Part shown: piece by piece, positions 1 to 12,495 of the stretch | Layout: each line of letters opens with the position of its first letter | Position numbering within the stretch: the stretch's first letter is position 1 | Assembly (NCBI GenBank): GCA_013239625.1 | Contig: MU053934.1 | Location: 11,633,003-11,697,002, forward strand | Length of the DNA: 64,000 nucleotides | Origin: Lama guanicoe | Lineage: Eukaryota | Direction: 5' to 3' | The notes under the pieces: model-generated | What the model was told of the DNA's origin: nothing | Seen by the model: only the letters and a program-made list of their open reading frames with translations | Databases searched by the model: none | Made by a program: the position numbers and the translations under genes

Positions 1-349
1 CCCTGCTGTCTGCCTGGGTTTTGTTTCTGCTTTTTCCTGTTGAGACAATTTGTTGTTCACGTGGTCTGCATGAGCTCGTTAGAACTGACCGGGGACCCCT
101 GAAAGAGCAAACGCTCCCGGCCCTGCCCCCGGGGCTGGGTCTGACGCTCTGGGCAGGAGCACAGTCTAGAGCCCCCGTGAGTGCACCGAGCGGGCACGCC
201 CGGCCTGGGGCACCCGTGGGCACCTGCGTCCCTAGGTCACTGCCCCAGGGCCCTCGTCCCTGCCAGCTGCCATCTCCACCGCCGGTGGCTAGACCGCCTC
301 CCCCCAGGTCTCCAGCCAGGAGGCCTCCCAAAATGCCGAGGCAGGGAGG

Positions 350-1000
350 GTGGTTTTAATCGGAGATAATAAATCATTTTGTGCTGCAGGTTTTACAAGC
401 CTCTGTTGGTTGTCACTGCGATAAAACTTGATCAAACAGTGTCATCCAGTGGGGAAAGGAGCCAGCGCCTCCCAGGGGGTGGAGTCCCCTGCGCTTCACG
501 CTTTTCAGCCGCGTCTGAGAACCCGCTCGAAGTCCAAAGGGCCCCCCTCTGCATGCGTCTTGTTTACACCAGGCGCCCCTCCCACTGTGCAGCGGGGATG
601 GGGGTGTGGAGAATCCCGTCTCTGCTCCGACCTGCCCCCTCCCTCTGCCTCCTTTATTTTCCCAACCACTTTCTTTTCACAAGAGCACAATTTGAATCAT
701 TATCAGCTCCTGACAGTTGCACCAGCCTCTGCTATCTCCCCGAACAAAAGGGACAATATTCAATTCAACCCGCTCGCGTGTCAAAGGGAATCGCAGGTGA
801 TTAAGCTCGGGAGGCCTCGTTTACTGTGGATTAGACGCGAGCGCCTGCTGCACGGCTCACTGCAGGCCCGCCCAGCTCCGCTCCCGCCAGCCAGCTTCGG
901 GAAGTCAGTGTCGATAATCCCGAAGTCTCTTTGGCACCAAAATGATCTTCAAGCTGTGGATGCCTTGGGGCAGATGGAGCGATAAACCCAGAGTGCTTGC
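350..1000. promoter_or_regulatory. Candidate distal enhancer / conserved non-coding element
   Basis: Non-repeat, locally AT-richer blocks with GATAA (365, 420, 913, 981), TGACAG (711), K50 homeodomain sites GGATTA (828) and TAATCC (915); conservation not tested. Confidence 0.35.
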
Positions 1001-1334
1001 AAATGGAAAAAACACCCACTCTGTTTCCTGCAGTATTTCCTGAGCAGCGAGGGGTCTTTGTGGATCAGCGCTGAGGGAGGGGGGCCTCACGCTGCATCTC
1101 AGGGGAACGGCGGAGCCCTCTGCACCAGCCTGTCTGGGGCAGTGAATCTGGGGCAGCTGGGAACTGCATCCATCGTCAGTCTCTCAACAAGAAGTGCAGT
1201 GACCACAGACCCTCAGGGACTGCCCAGGGGCACGAGCAGGCGGACTCACAGGGCAGCAAGCCCGCTCATCGTGGAAAACGGGGCGCCTGAGCCTTGAGGG
1301 AGCGCGGGCTGCCGGCGACCCTGTCCGGGCCTCT

Positions 1335-1430
1335 GCCCCTGGTCGGGACTCAATTTCCTCGTCTGCTCAATGAAGAGGTTGGGCTGGGTGACCTCAGAGG
1401 CTCCTGCCTGCGCTCACATTTTATTATCTT
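1335..1430 (+). mobile_element. MIR SINE fragment
   Basis: caatttcctcgtctgctcaatgaagaggttgggctgggtgacctcagagg resembles the MIR core cagtttcctcatctgtaaaatg...ggttggactagatgacctct. Confidence 0.55.
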
Positions 1431-2200
1431 AATTGTGTGCTATCGACTGCTGGAGAGGCCGGTCACCCTGGCGCTGCCAGCGAGCGGCTTTGTGTATTGA
1501 TCTCCGAGTTACTTCGCGAGCTGTCAGACAAACTTCCCAAAGTGACTTTCGTTTGGCATCGGACAAGACACGGTATTGTTTGAAATTATTTTAACTTCAT
1601 GGTGATGGGATCACTACAGATTGGGAAAGGCTGTGGGGCATGATGGGCGGGACCTGGGTCCTGGCCGAGCCCCTCCCCATCTCCGCATCTCCACCTGCGC
1701 CTCGAAGGTCGGTGCCTGGTGAGCAGACACACATGTGCCTGCCCTGCGGTCGCCCCACAACAGAACACCAGGGCTTTCCTGGCATTTTTCTCAGATGTAT
1801 TCAAGAAGCAGACTCAGGAAGGCCCATCTGCAGATGCAGTCACAGTGGAGGGGCGGGACAGGGCCTGGACACATGCATCTGGGGACACAGTCCAGTCCAT
1901 GGTGACGAGACAGTCAGGAAGCGAGGGTGGGGACCGGTTCTCCATGCAGGTGGAGGACGCCAAGTCAGACAGTCTTGGGAGTCAGGATTTGGAAACAAGA
2001 CTTTCTACACTGGCATGGTGGGGGTCTTGCCATTGTCCTTGGAGTCAGGGGCTGAGGCGGACTAGACGGGAGGCCGTACTTCAGACAAGGGAGCAGAGAG
2101 CATCGAGGACCCAGGTGGCAGGTGCAGTGGCTCCCCCAGGTTGCTGGGGAGTCACACCCAGAATGACAAGGCAGTGAAAAGGGGGTGCCTGAGCCCAGCA

Positions 2201-2575
2201 CTAGGGGCTGAGTTGTGTGTCCCCCAAATTCACGTGTCAAAGTCCTAACCCGGGGACATAGAGTGTGGCTGTGTCTGGAGACGGGTCTTTATGGGGGCAG
2301 TCATGTTAAATGAGGTCACAGGTGTGGGTCCTGGTCAAACGTGACCAGCGTCCATATAAGGTGAGGAGATCAGGACACAACACACACAGAGGGATGAGCA
2401 CGTGGGGACGCAGGGAGAAGATGGCGTCTGCATATCCAGGAGAGAGTCTTCAGAAAGACCCAGCCCTACCAGCACCTTGGTCTCTGACTGCCCGCCTCCA
2501 GTATGCGAGATAATAAATGTGTGGTTTAAGCCCCCAGCCTGTGGTGTTTGTTACGCAGCCTGAGCTGACCAAGAC
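2201..2575 (+). mobile_element. MaLR solo LTR, MLT1B-like
   Basis: Full LTR layout: gtgtcccccaaattcacgtgtcaaagtcctaacc ... tgaggtcaca ... gcctccag ... aataaatgtgtggtttaagcc ... gctgaccaagac. Confidence 0.85.
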
Positions 2576-4087
2576 TGCCAAGAAGGGCCAGGTCCTAACT
2601 TACCTTTGAGTCCCCCCCTCGGTAAACGCCTGCTGCACAGAGCCCAGTATCCTCTTGGAATGTCATGCGTCCCTCATCTGTCACCAAGGGGGTGCTCACG
2701 CTTCAACAGACGTCCTCCTCCCGCTGTGTCCTCAGTACGCACTCCCCCTTCCTCCTGCTGCCTCCCACTGCTGGGCCTGTTAGAGTCCGTGGCTCTGCGG
2801 GAGGCACTGGAGCCACGTCCCCGGGCAGGCTCCACCTCTGTTAGCCCACAGCCCCCACCGACGCCCACGTCTCTGCGTGGGAATGCCAGCTCCTCACTGG
2901 CCTCATCAGCGACGGCGCTCCTGAGGGACATGGGCGAGTACCATCAGCTCAAGTCAAACACAGGCATCTCACGAGACGCAGGAAATGCCCTCAGACGGTT
3001 TCAGCGTTGATGATGTTTCAAGTGTTTATGGCACTGGGATGTTTTTCCTTAGCTCCACTGCCCCATCTTTTCTCCAGAAGGAATTTGCCAAAGGCGGCGA
3101 TGGAATTCCCAGGGGCAAGCAGTGTAAATGCTAACAGAGGTTATAAACAGCAAGGTTTCCCAGCGCGTCCACTGTTCGGGAACAACTGAAGCCCGCCCCG
3201 TGGTTTGGGCAGAGGGGGGCCCGGAGCAGCCTGAGAATGGCCGTCGTTCTCAGAGAGAGGCCGCCGGTCCCAGATGGACAGTGTCCCCTCCTCCTGGGGG
3301 AGGTTCTGCCCTTTCGGCTCTGCGGTCTTTCGAGTGTCTGGGAGGAAAGGCGGTGCCCAGGCCAGACCAAGCCCCAGACACCCACACTGAGGGCCGTGCA
3401 GAGGTGGGGGCCCTGGAGCAGAGCGGTCAGGCTGTGCTCAGGGCGCCACACACACACTTGGCTCCCTTCTGTCCCCAGATGAGCTGCGGCTCAGACGATC
3501 CGATTTGCTCGGAGGCACAACAGGCTGAATTCCTCAGCGCCTGGCAGGGAGCTCTCGGTGTGGCTGCTGGGGTCAGGGGGGACTCACTCATCCCCCGAAT
3601 AACTAAGTTGCGTCACTGGGGACGGTGGCTCCCCCAGCCCTGAGGAGACCATAGGATCCGATGGTCACGTGACCCCCTCTTCTTCCCGAGAGCCAGAGGA
3701 GAGACAAGGGAAGCGAGGGCATCTAAGTGACGGGCTGCCTCTCGCAAGAGCAGAGCCACGGCGGAGGCCGAGCTGGTGATGCCGTGACCCCGGTGCTCTC
3801 GGGCCTCCGGTCAGCTGACACGTGCACTGGACGAGCCCCACACCTCGGAGGCTCGGCCGCTAGACCCAGCTGGCAGCAGCCGGATTTTGGCGGGGCCTCT
3901 CCATCCCCCACCCCGACACTGCTCTTCTCAAGTTGTGTCTCTTGGGTCTTGCTTAATTCAGGGTCCCAAGTCGATGGCAAAGCAGCTCTGTGGGGCTTGA
4001 TCAGCATGTGGGGATGTGGGCAAGCTGCATTATTATCTGATACATTTATCATGTGTGGCGTTGTACTTGTTGGTTATGAAAAATCAG

Positions 4088-4104
4088 CGGTTGCCTGGTA
4101 ACCG
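4088..4104. promoter_or_regulatory. RFX X-box motif
   Basis: GTTGCC-T-GGTAAC (4090-4102) fits GTNRCC(N0-3)RGYAAC, within a 17-bp near-palindrome in an AT-rich non-repeat island. Confidence 0.4.
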
Positions 4105-5614
4105 AAATTGTCTGTCAGCTCCCAAAACCCCAAGGCTGCAGAGCCAGGCTTGCGGGTTTCTCGGGGCCGTAACTGAGGCTTCTGGGCAACGTTGAGAAAA
4201 CCTGGGAGCACCAGGGACTCAGGGGCCCTTGTTCAAAGCTGTTCCACTTAGAAAAACATCAGGTAACCGTCGTGGCTGTGGTTTGCAGCCACGATCAGCT
4301 TTAAGAGGGAAGATGAGAGGGAGTATTTCAGGCTCACGATCACTCCACAGGGGAGAGACCGGACACACGCAGGTAACTGGTGACAGCACACCGTCCAGGG
4401 CCCCTGGGAGACCCTGGGTCTGTGCCAGATGCTCAGATCCCGTATATTTCCCACAGCAGCCGAGCTCTGCCTTGGGCTCCGGTGTGGGTCTGGATCCTGA
4501 AACCCAGTGATCTTGAAAGTGAGCTCTCTGCTCCCCAGACCTCCTGTGTGTGGTTGCTTCTCAGTGGCTTAGCCCCTCTGGGGGGCCCATCAGTCTCCCC
4601 GAAGAGTCTGTGCCATTGGACACGCCCCAGTTCTGAAGCCGTTACTGAGGGAAGGACATAGAAAGCACCCTGAGGGGGAGAGCCCGCAGCCTGCCCCCCA
4701 TGCCCGCTGCCCTGTAATCAGTCCTGTTCCCCCTCCTCCCATGTGGCCCCAGGTCTACCCCCAGTCTTGAGGTTCTTCCTCTTTTTCCCTTCCCTTTTTC
4801 CACCCCCACCCTGATGGCAGATTGCAGCTGGCTGAAGAGGACACAGTGCAGACAGTGGGCCCCCGCGTGGGGCCCTCAGAGTCCCCGAGGTGACATCTGT
4901 CTCACCCAAGGCAGTGAGAGTTGTGGGCGCCCGTTTCACCGAAGACTCGGCTTTAACTTTTCCAAACCTGTGACAGAAACAGCCTGCAAGCCCCCAGCTT
5001 CTGTCTCCTAAGTGTTTTCCACTAGAGCTTCCTCTGCTGCTCTTTAGGGAGAATGGGTCTTGTAAAGAGATTTACAAATTAAAATTGTGCCAATAAAATT
5101 ATGTATATAATTCTATGCTGAATGAAGACTGTCATTGGCTTCCCAGACGTTGTTCTAAGAACTGAATGAAGTCTGGGTCGTGGGAGAGACTGTTGTGAAG
5201 ATGAACAGAACCGAGGGCTCTCCTGTGTCCTGGGACCAGGCAGCGCCCGGGCCTCCAGCTGGGGCCGCGCGGGGAACCGTCCTGGGTGCTGAAGGCACAG
5301 TGAGCAGGGAGGGTGGGGAACAGAACTGCCGGCAGAGCCCATGGTGTAGATGCAGGGCAGGGGCTCCCTCATCAGTCCATTTGGGAAGCTCTCGCTGATT
5401 CCTACCCCACTGCTCACCATCCACCCACTCGCTCACCCCTCCAGTTGCCTGCGGCTCAGCCTTCAGTATCCCACCCTCCATCCTTCCAAGGCTCCCTGTG
5501 ACCTCACCTCTCCAGGCTGCCAGGAGAGCCCACCGCTGGGCACCACCAGGAACTGACTGCATCTTGTGCCCTCTCTGAGCATCCCCTGCAGACAGAGCAT
5601 GATCCTGGCTCCTG

Positions 5615-5795
5615 GAATCTGGGTTCCAGTCGGGGCTTCACCACTCCCAGCGATGAGATCCGGTACAATTACGTGATGCTCTGTGATTCAGTTTCCTGTC
5701 AGTGATGAGGATGATCCCATACGATGATTATGGGGATTAAATACACTAATGGACACAAACCACTGGGAGCTGTGCCTGCCACACCCTAAGCGTGG
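5615..5795 (+). mobile_element. MIR SINE
   Basis: ctgggttccagtc...ccact...ctctgtgattcagtttcctg...gattatggggattaaat...gtgcctgccacac follows MIR order. Confidence 0.6.
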
Positions 5796-5959
5796 GGTGT
5801 GGCCGCTCGTCTTACTCTCAGCCTGTCCCCGACGGACGAGGATAGGCTTCGTATCTGCCCGCACTGAGCACGGCTGGGGCCTCGGCAGGTTACTCTCTAC
5901 TTCCAGCATCTTCATCCACCACTCAGCTAGTGATTCTAAAACGACTCCCTTATGCTTCC

Positions 5960-6078
5960 CCTCCCCCACTAAAATATAAACCCCACGTTGCCTGGGACCT
6001 TGCCTGCTCCACCACGGGACCTCCGGGACATCATCCCACACATCGCAGGCACTCAGCACACAGCTGTGAAGTGGATCA
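5960..6078 (+). mobile_element. L2 LINE 3' end fragment
   Basis: ccccactaaaatataaacccca...gggaccttgcctg...gcaggcactcagcacacagctgtgaagtg resembles the L2 3' terminus. Confidence 0.45.
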
Positions 6079-7244
6079 TAGGCTCTGCCTGACAGCAGCA
6101 GCCCCCTCACTTCTGCACAGACCACTCCCCTCTCAGGCTGACCTTTCTGGAGAGAAAAGCGTGTCCCCTTTTCTCTTCTATTCTACTTAATTTCTAGAAA
6201 ATTATCTTGTTTGCTTCTTCCCAGGAAGAATTTCCTCTCTTATTTCTATTTGAAGCTTATAAACTTTGGAAAGAAACAAGCCCTACTCTTGTTAAAAAAA
6301 AAAAAAGCACCCCCACAGAAATGCTGCCAATACCTGCTATGCGACATCATTAATAAATTACCACAATGTTGCAGCATCTTAAATGCTCATCTGCTCCACA
6401 CCATTTGAAAGGAGCTGCGCTTTCCTGGGCTGGATGCCAGTGGCCGTCTGGTGGCCCCTGGAGCGTGTGCGGTGGGGGGGGAGGGGTGCCTGCTGACGGG
6501 GGTCCTTGTTCCCTCATTGGGAAAGTAATATATTGCCTTCTGTTCAATGACTCTCATCCCGAATCTGAGGTATTTCCACTCGTACTTTCCCAGAACGAAC
6601 AGAGAAGCAGGAATAGTCAAGGTATTTTCCTGAAACACAGTTAAGTCTTGCTATTTCAATGCTGTATATTATACACACCATGTACATATGTTTTTAATGC
6701 AGTGGGGATATGGGCTGCATCTTCGTAGCCCTCGGACAACTTGTGGTTCCACTACATGTGAAGCATGTAAGGAATTGTTTAGCAGGCAGACCTACAGCAG
6801 ATCTCTAGGACTTGAGTTTCTAGAAGCTACTTTTAAGCTGTGCTTATTAGCTCAGTGCTGTATCTGTGAATGGAAGAAAAAGCCTTTCAGAACTACTTAT
6901 ACTGAAATGTTTCCCATACAAACAATAAAAACGTTTTAAACAAGCTACTTGCAAGATGAATTCACGAGTGTTCTTTCACTGAATGGAATTTATCCCCAGC
7001 GTGTGGTGCAGGTGGTGAATTGTTTAATAGACCTGTAGCTTGAGTGTTTCTAAGGCTACGTAGAAGCTGCCCAGAGCCCGGTGTTCTAACAGCAAATGGA
7101 CTGAAAACCTTTCTGTCTGCAGGTAAAGCCTTGTTCCTGTACGAGGCATATGTAGATGCTTCTTGCAAGCTGTATGAAAGGCGTTTTTGGCACAATGTCC
7201 TTTCAGTGAATGGAGAACATCCCCAGTGTGTGAGGACACCATTA

Positions 7245-7500
7245 CCATTCCCGGAACACTCAGGGCAAGCTCTGCTCTCACTCCTCCCGCTGCCCGGAGC
7301 GCCCGCCCCGCCACCCTCATGCTCATTCGGACTCTGCTCCGTTGCCCGCTTCCCTGAGAGTCCCTCCTTGACCACTGGTTAAGAAGAAGGACCCCCCTTC
7401 TGTTTCCCCAGGGCCACTTGTCACCTCTGGACGGCACTCTTGATTCACGGCCTGGTGTCTTCGTGTTTAGTTGCCACTTTAGGAGCAGCTCGTTCCACCC
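7245..7500 (+). mobile_element. L2 LINE fragment
   Basis: ctcattcggactctgctccgttgcccgcttccctgagagtccctccttgaccac resembles the L2 3' region. Confidence 0.5.
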
Positions 7501-8109
7501 CAGGTGGGAGAGCAGCACCCTGGAGCAGGAAGATCCTGAGTGAGGAGCACTGAGTGCAAGCACCAAGAAGGAGGACCATGGCAGCCTCCTGCCTGCTTGC
7601 TGCGGTGGGTCCCTCGCCCCTGCAGGGCACCTGGGAAAGCCAAGTGGGCCATGGAAAGGATTCCCTAGGGCCAGGTGAGGGTCAGCCCAGGCGTTTCCTC
7701 AAAGCCCGCTGCGTCTCAGCTCTTCCAAGCCTGGGGTGAGAGTAGGTGGGGCTGAGGCGCCAGGCAGCCAGATGCCGTGGAGGGGACAACGGATGGAGAT
7801 TCCAAGACCAAGTGTGTCCAGCTGACCACTCAGATCTCTTCAGGGTCAGCAGTCCCAAGGAGGACCAGAGTCTGAGCCCTCTGACCTCACTGGCCAAGGT
7901 GGGGGTGGGGCACTTAATGAGAGTGGGGGAAGTCATAGCAGAGAAGCGAGGTCCCTTCCGGGGGGCGGGCTGCGGGCAGGGGCAGACGGCCCCAGCGCTT
8001 CAGCACCGCAGGGCTGGACAGCTCCCCCCTCCGGGAGGGAGCCACCGGGCGGCAGAGTCCACTCTCAGCAGGAGGAGGCTCAGCCCTGGCCTCCGTCCTC
8101 AAAAAAAAA

Positions 8110-8460
8110 AAATGTACTGTTTATTTCCACCACCTCTGGGTTAACTTGTCTCGTTTGAAGCCCCAGTTTCCACTTTAAAGTGAAGTGTAATAAGTAGCAA
8201 TAAAATCAGCTCATCCTGCATTTGTTTTTTCCCAGCAAGGAGCAATCAATTACCTGAGAGGTGTTCGCGGCTGCGGATAAACGGTGACCTGGCAAGGTGC
8301 AATCGGCAAAGTGTCACTTTTATTCATGGCCTCAAATCTGAGGATGGGCTTGTCTGCATTTTAATTATCGGAAAGCACTTACCACCTTTGCTTTAATGAA
8401 TTGTATAAAACTTAAACACTCGCAATTATATTTTATACATGAAAGGCAGCGGGCATGGTA
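8110..8460. promoter_or_regulatory. Candidate distal enhancer / conserved non-coding element
   Basis: AT-rich non-repeat island with TGTTTAT (8118), CAATAAAA (8198), several TAAT/ATTA cores and inverted TGTATAAAA/TTTTATACA (8402/8431). Confidence 0.4.
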
Positions 8461-11209
8461 CAGGGGCGCTGAGGCCTCCGGCAGAGCCGGGTTAACTTTC
8501 TTCACCCCCACCCTCCGTCCCCACCGTCGTCCCCACCCTTGCGTCCGGCCTTTGTTCCTCCGACCTTCTCCCCCGTTGTCCTCTTTGCCCTGTGAACACT
8601 CAGCTAAGAGGTGGAGATTCACGCTTCCAGCCTCACTGTCAAGGACTGCGAGCTGCCTGGGTTGGAGGGTGGCCAGCAGCACAGCCGTGCTGGAGCTGAC
8701 CCCGTGCCCTCACACAGCTGGCGATGCCCACTGCAGGCTGAAGCCACCCGGCACTGCCCCCGCCCAGCTTTTTACGTCGCCCAGCGGGGCTCCACTTCTG
8801 GGACCCCACACCCTCCTGTGGGACAGTTGTCACCAGGACGGCCGGGAAGGGGTGACTCGCTCTGTCCACCTCCCGGAGCACAGGCCACAGGGAGCCCATA
8901 AGCCCCTCACCCCCAAATTTTAAGTGAACACGTTTGATTATGTGAATAATGATTCTGTTTGTGAAGCACGAAGACATCGTGACTTTATTTTTATCCAAAC
9001 ACATAGCGTCATCGTCACAAGTCCATCATCGAAGGCTGAGACCTGGCTAAGCCCAGCAAGCTCCTCTGATGGAGGGTTGGGGAGGCAGCACCAGAGGCAG
9101 CCTCACTTGGGGTTCAATTGGGAGAAGGAGGGGCCCAGTCAGAGGTGATGGGCGCCTCCGTCTGGAGAGGGATGCGGTCACCAGAGCTGGGATCTGGACA
9201 GGGCACTGTGGCGGGGAGACAGCAGCTGGCCCCGGGCTCAGCCTGGCAGACGCTCCAGGCCCAGGGCAGGACAACCTCTCGCTGTCCCATTTCTGCTCCC
9301 TCCCCGTCCAATGCCCGCTTTTCTATGAGTCCATGTGATGTCAGCAGTGGTGGGACGAATAGGAGGGTTCGGGCCTTGGGAAACCAGCATCGTCTGTGTC
9401 TTCCCCAGAATCGTGCTGTCCCCAGACAAGGGTTGGGGCAGAGTGACACAGCAGTGTGAGGGCCTTTCTGTCCTTTCCCTACTCAGAAAGCCCTCCGGGA
9501 TTTATCTCCCCTTTTCCAGCTCACAGCCCTGAGCCCTGCCTCGTTCCCCCACCCCCCTCCGCCACTGACTGGTGACCGGCAGGGATGCTCTGTGCCCGGA
9601 CCACCCAGAAACGCCGGGCCATGTCTCCCACTTGGCTTATTCGGGAAAAGCCGCACATCTAACACCTTCTCAGATAGGCACACGTTTGCTAGTGTGAGCC
9701 AACGCCATTCCTTCAAAGCCACTTAAATAAAAGGTGAAATGACGCTTGAGTCAGAGGGTGGGTAATCGTCTGACCTCCAGGGCGCGGCCGCCAGGGGACT
9801 CGTTACCGGCCTCGGTTTGGTGCCAGGCAAGGATGTGGGGAGACGTCCAGGCCAGGAGCCCAGCTTGGAGGACCCTGTGTCTGCTTCCTCGGTGAACCTC
9901 TCTGACTCCCAGTGGCAGAGAGGCTGGGCCGGGGTGGAGAGACTGGGGGGCAGGTGTGAACTCGGATAAACCAAAACCCCCCAGTATTTTGATTGGCTGC
10001 CCCAGTTGAGAAAAATTGTTCTAGCAGCTGGAACTTTGTGCCCCAAAACTGTCAGCTTCCAGTCAATCCTAGCATCCTTGAAGGAGCACTTCTGAGTGAC
10101 CGGGTGCCCTCCTGACGTGCAGAGCATCACCGCCCTCCCCTTCTTGGCAGGCTCAGGGGAGCAGCTGGCCAAGAGCAAGGCAGCCCTGGGCAAGGGTCTG
10201 AAGCCAAGGCTCCTCGCTGGACAAGATGCCTGTAGAAGCTGTGCTTCAAAACGTCTCCATCAGTGACACAGGATGCAGAGCAGAGCTCTCACGGGCTTGT
10301 CCACCGTGTCCCAGCTGCTCACAGGTGGTGTCCAGGCTCCAGGCAGGCAGTGGTCAGCTGGCGCTCACACAGATGGACCTGCTTACCTCCGGCACTACAG
10401 GTGAGAGGGAGGGATAGAGAGAGACAGAGCTACGCAGGCATCGGGAAGTGGTGGTTTGGATCCAGGCCGGCAGGAGACCCAACCCTGCCCTCCCTTCCCC
10501 GTCCTGCACTATTGCTGGAGAAACAGCCCCCAGATGTTCAGCGAGGAGCAGGGTTCGGGGAGTTCAGGGCACAGTAGTGTTTCTCATGGTTGCTTCAAGG
10601 AAGCCTCGCTGCAGGAGGCAGCCCCAGAAGGGGTAGGGACGGGGGTCCGAGCATCCCCGTGGACAGGGCCAGAGCAGTCGTGTCTCACGCGCCACATGTG
10701 TGCGTGTTTGCCTCTCTGTGTCCACTGTGAGCACCGGGCGCTGAGGTGATGCAGACACGTAGGCTGTGCTCTCCCCCCTGATTCCGGGGGCCCCACCAGC
10801 ACCCCCGGAAGGCACGCTGTGCTCAGTAAGGGCGGCACAGAGAACACAAAAGCTCTTCGATACGGTCACACTTGCCGGCATCACCGTGTTTGAGGGCAAC
10901 CTTCTCCAGGAAGCTGGCTGCGCGGATTGAAAGTTGACGCAGGTGCCCTGCAGGTGGGGTACGCAGAACCCCCGCACACCTCGCCTCAGCCTGCCCAATG
11001 CCTCCCGAGACCCAGGAGGATCAGAATCTGGTCCCTTCCTAACCATCTGCACGAATAAAGCTAGGAGGGAGGGAGGGAGGGCCCTGCGGCCGCGGGAGGC
11101 CTCACCGCTCCCCTGTCGCCCGATTCACGAGATGCACAGTCAGCAGGGATGGCGCTTTGCAGGTGATGCGGGCAGCGTGCGCCACGGTCATCGCAGCTCA
11201 GGTCACTAG

Positions 11210-11470
11210 GTTTCCACTTTCCCCCGCGTACTATTATGGCTTATTGTTTATCAACATGAACCCAAGTGGGAGGAAGTGATATTAAGCACGATCTCCTCCG
11301 CTTTCTGTGCTCCAACCAGGGGCCCTGTCGGTAAACAGCGCGTCTCCCATTAAGCATCGCTGCCCTTACGAGCTGTTACCAGTGAGGTTCGCACACCCGG
11401 GGGCCTCGGGGGCCCCTGGCTCACCGGCCGAGCAGCCGGTGGGTCTATTAAGTCATTAATAGCTTAGCTC
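11210..11470. promoter_or_regulatory. Candidate distal enhancer
   Basis: Forkhead TGTTTAT (11245) and GTAAACA (11331), ETS AGGAAGTG (11271), multiple ATTA cores, no repeat similarity seen. Confidence 0.35.
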
Positions 11471-12309
11471 CTTAGCTTCAGGCTCTCTGGTGGGGAGGAG
11501 GGCGATTTCCCAAGTTCCCCGGAGGAGAGGGAGGCAGGGGGCGGAGGAGAGTCAGCAGGAGGAGTCCAGGTGCCGGGGTGTCCTCGCTGGAACTGACACC
11601 CCCAGGGGGCCTGGCAGGCTCCTGGGTCCTGGGTCCTTTGTCCTCTGGAAAGGGCAATGCTTCGTAAAAGCTGGATACTGAGTGACAGGCAGGAGTGATG
11701 GGGCCTGGGGAAAAGCGGAGCAGGGGCCTGACGCAGCCCCTGGGCCACAGGGCGGCGTCAGACGGGGCTGCGGAGGAGCAATGAGGGGGGGAACGGTGTT
11801 TCCGCACAGCCGTTCCTCCCGGCACTCCGGGGGCAGTTTGCATTCTCCAAACTTCAAATCCCAGGAGAAATGAGTTGAAAACGAGAGAAGAGAGGAAAGC
11901 GTTGCTCCTCCAGAGTCAGAGCGAAGCCGCCAGCGCAGGGCAGGGAAGGGTGGGAGGGGGCCGGGCGAGGCCGGGGCCAGAGGGAGCCCGGAGGGGCTGG
12001 GGGCGAAGGTCCAAGGGGACGTTCCTGGGACCCAGGTTGGAGGCTCTGGGAGGACCGGGCGGGCAGGCCTGCTTGCATGACGCCGAGCGGCCAGTGTGTG
12101 CTCCCAGCCCTGTCTGCTGCTCATACGTCATCCTTGCAAAATAAGACGCATATGAATGTATTTATATATAAAATGTGCATTATATACAAACCGTGTGAGT
12201 GGGGCCAGAAGTAGGTTCTGGGAGCAGAGGCCATCCTTTTGGCCATTTGGACGCCAGCCCAGGTGTGCCCGGCCAGGAGGGCGGAGTGCTTCCGGGGCGG
12301 GTTTGCTCA

Positions 12310-12495
12310 CTGCTGGGCTCTGCTCTCCTAAACACGCCGAGGTGGGAGGTTCGTCAGAAGGCGTGGACCCTGCGAAACGCGAAATCAGAGTGGATCCAAC
12401 ACCTGGATGACCAGGAGAAATGTCAGCTTCAACAGCAGAATCAAGATCAGGATGAGCAGACGGAAGGCACTTCAGTCCTGACAAGAAAGGGAAGC
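12310..12495 (+). mobile_element. Possible CR1/L3 ORF2 fragment
   Basis: Degenerate peptides VDPAK..., LDDQEK..., HFSPDK in the order of CR1 RT ADDTK...LDDR...KFNxDK. Confidence 0.3.

Noticed and set aside
9599-9607. Perfect GLI site GACCACCCA (second copy at 38098-38106)
   Set aside because: About one is expected by chance in 64 kb of this composition; the second lies in an L1 remnant
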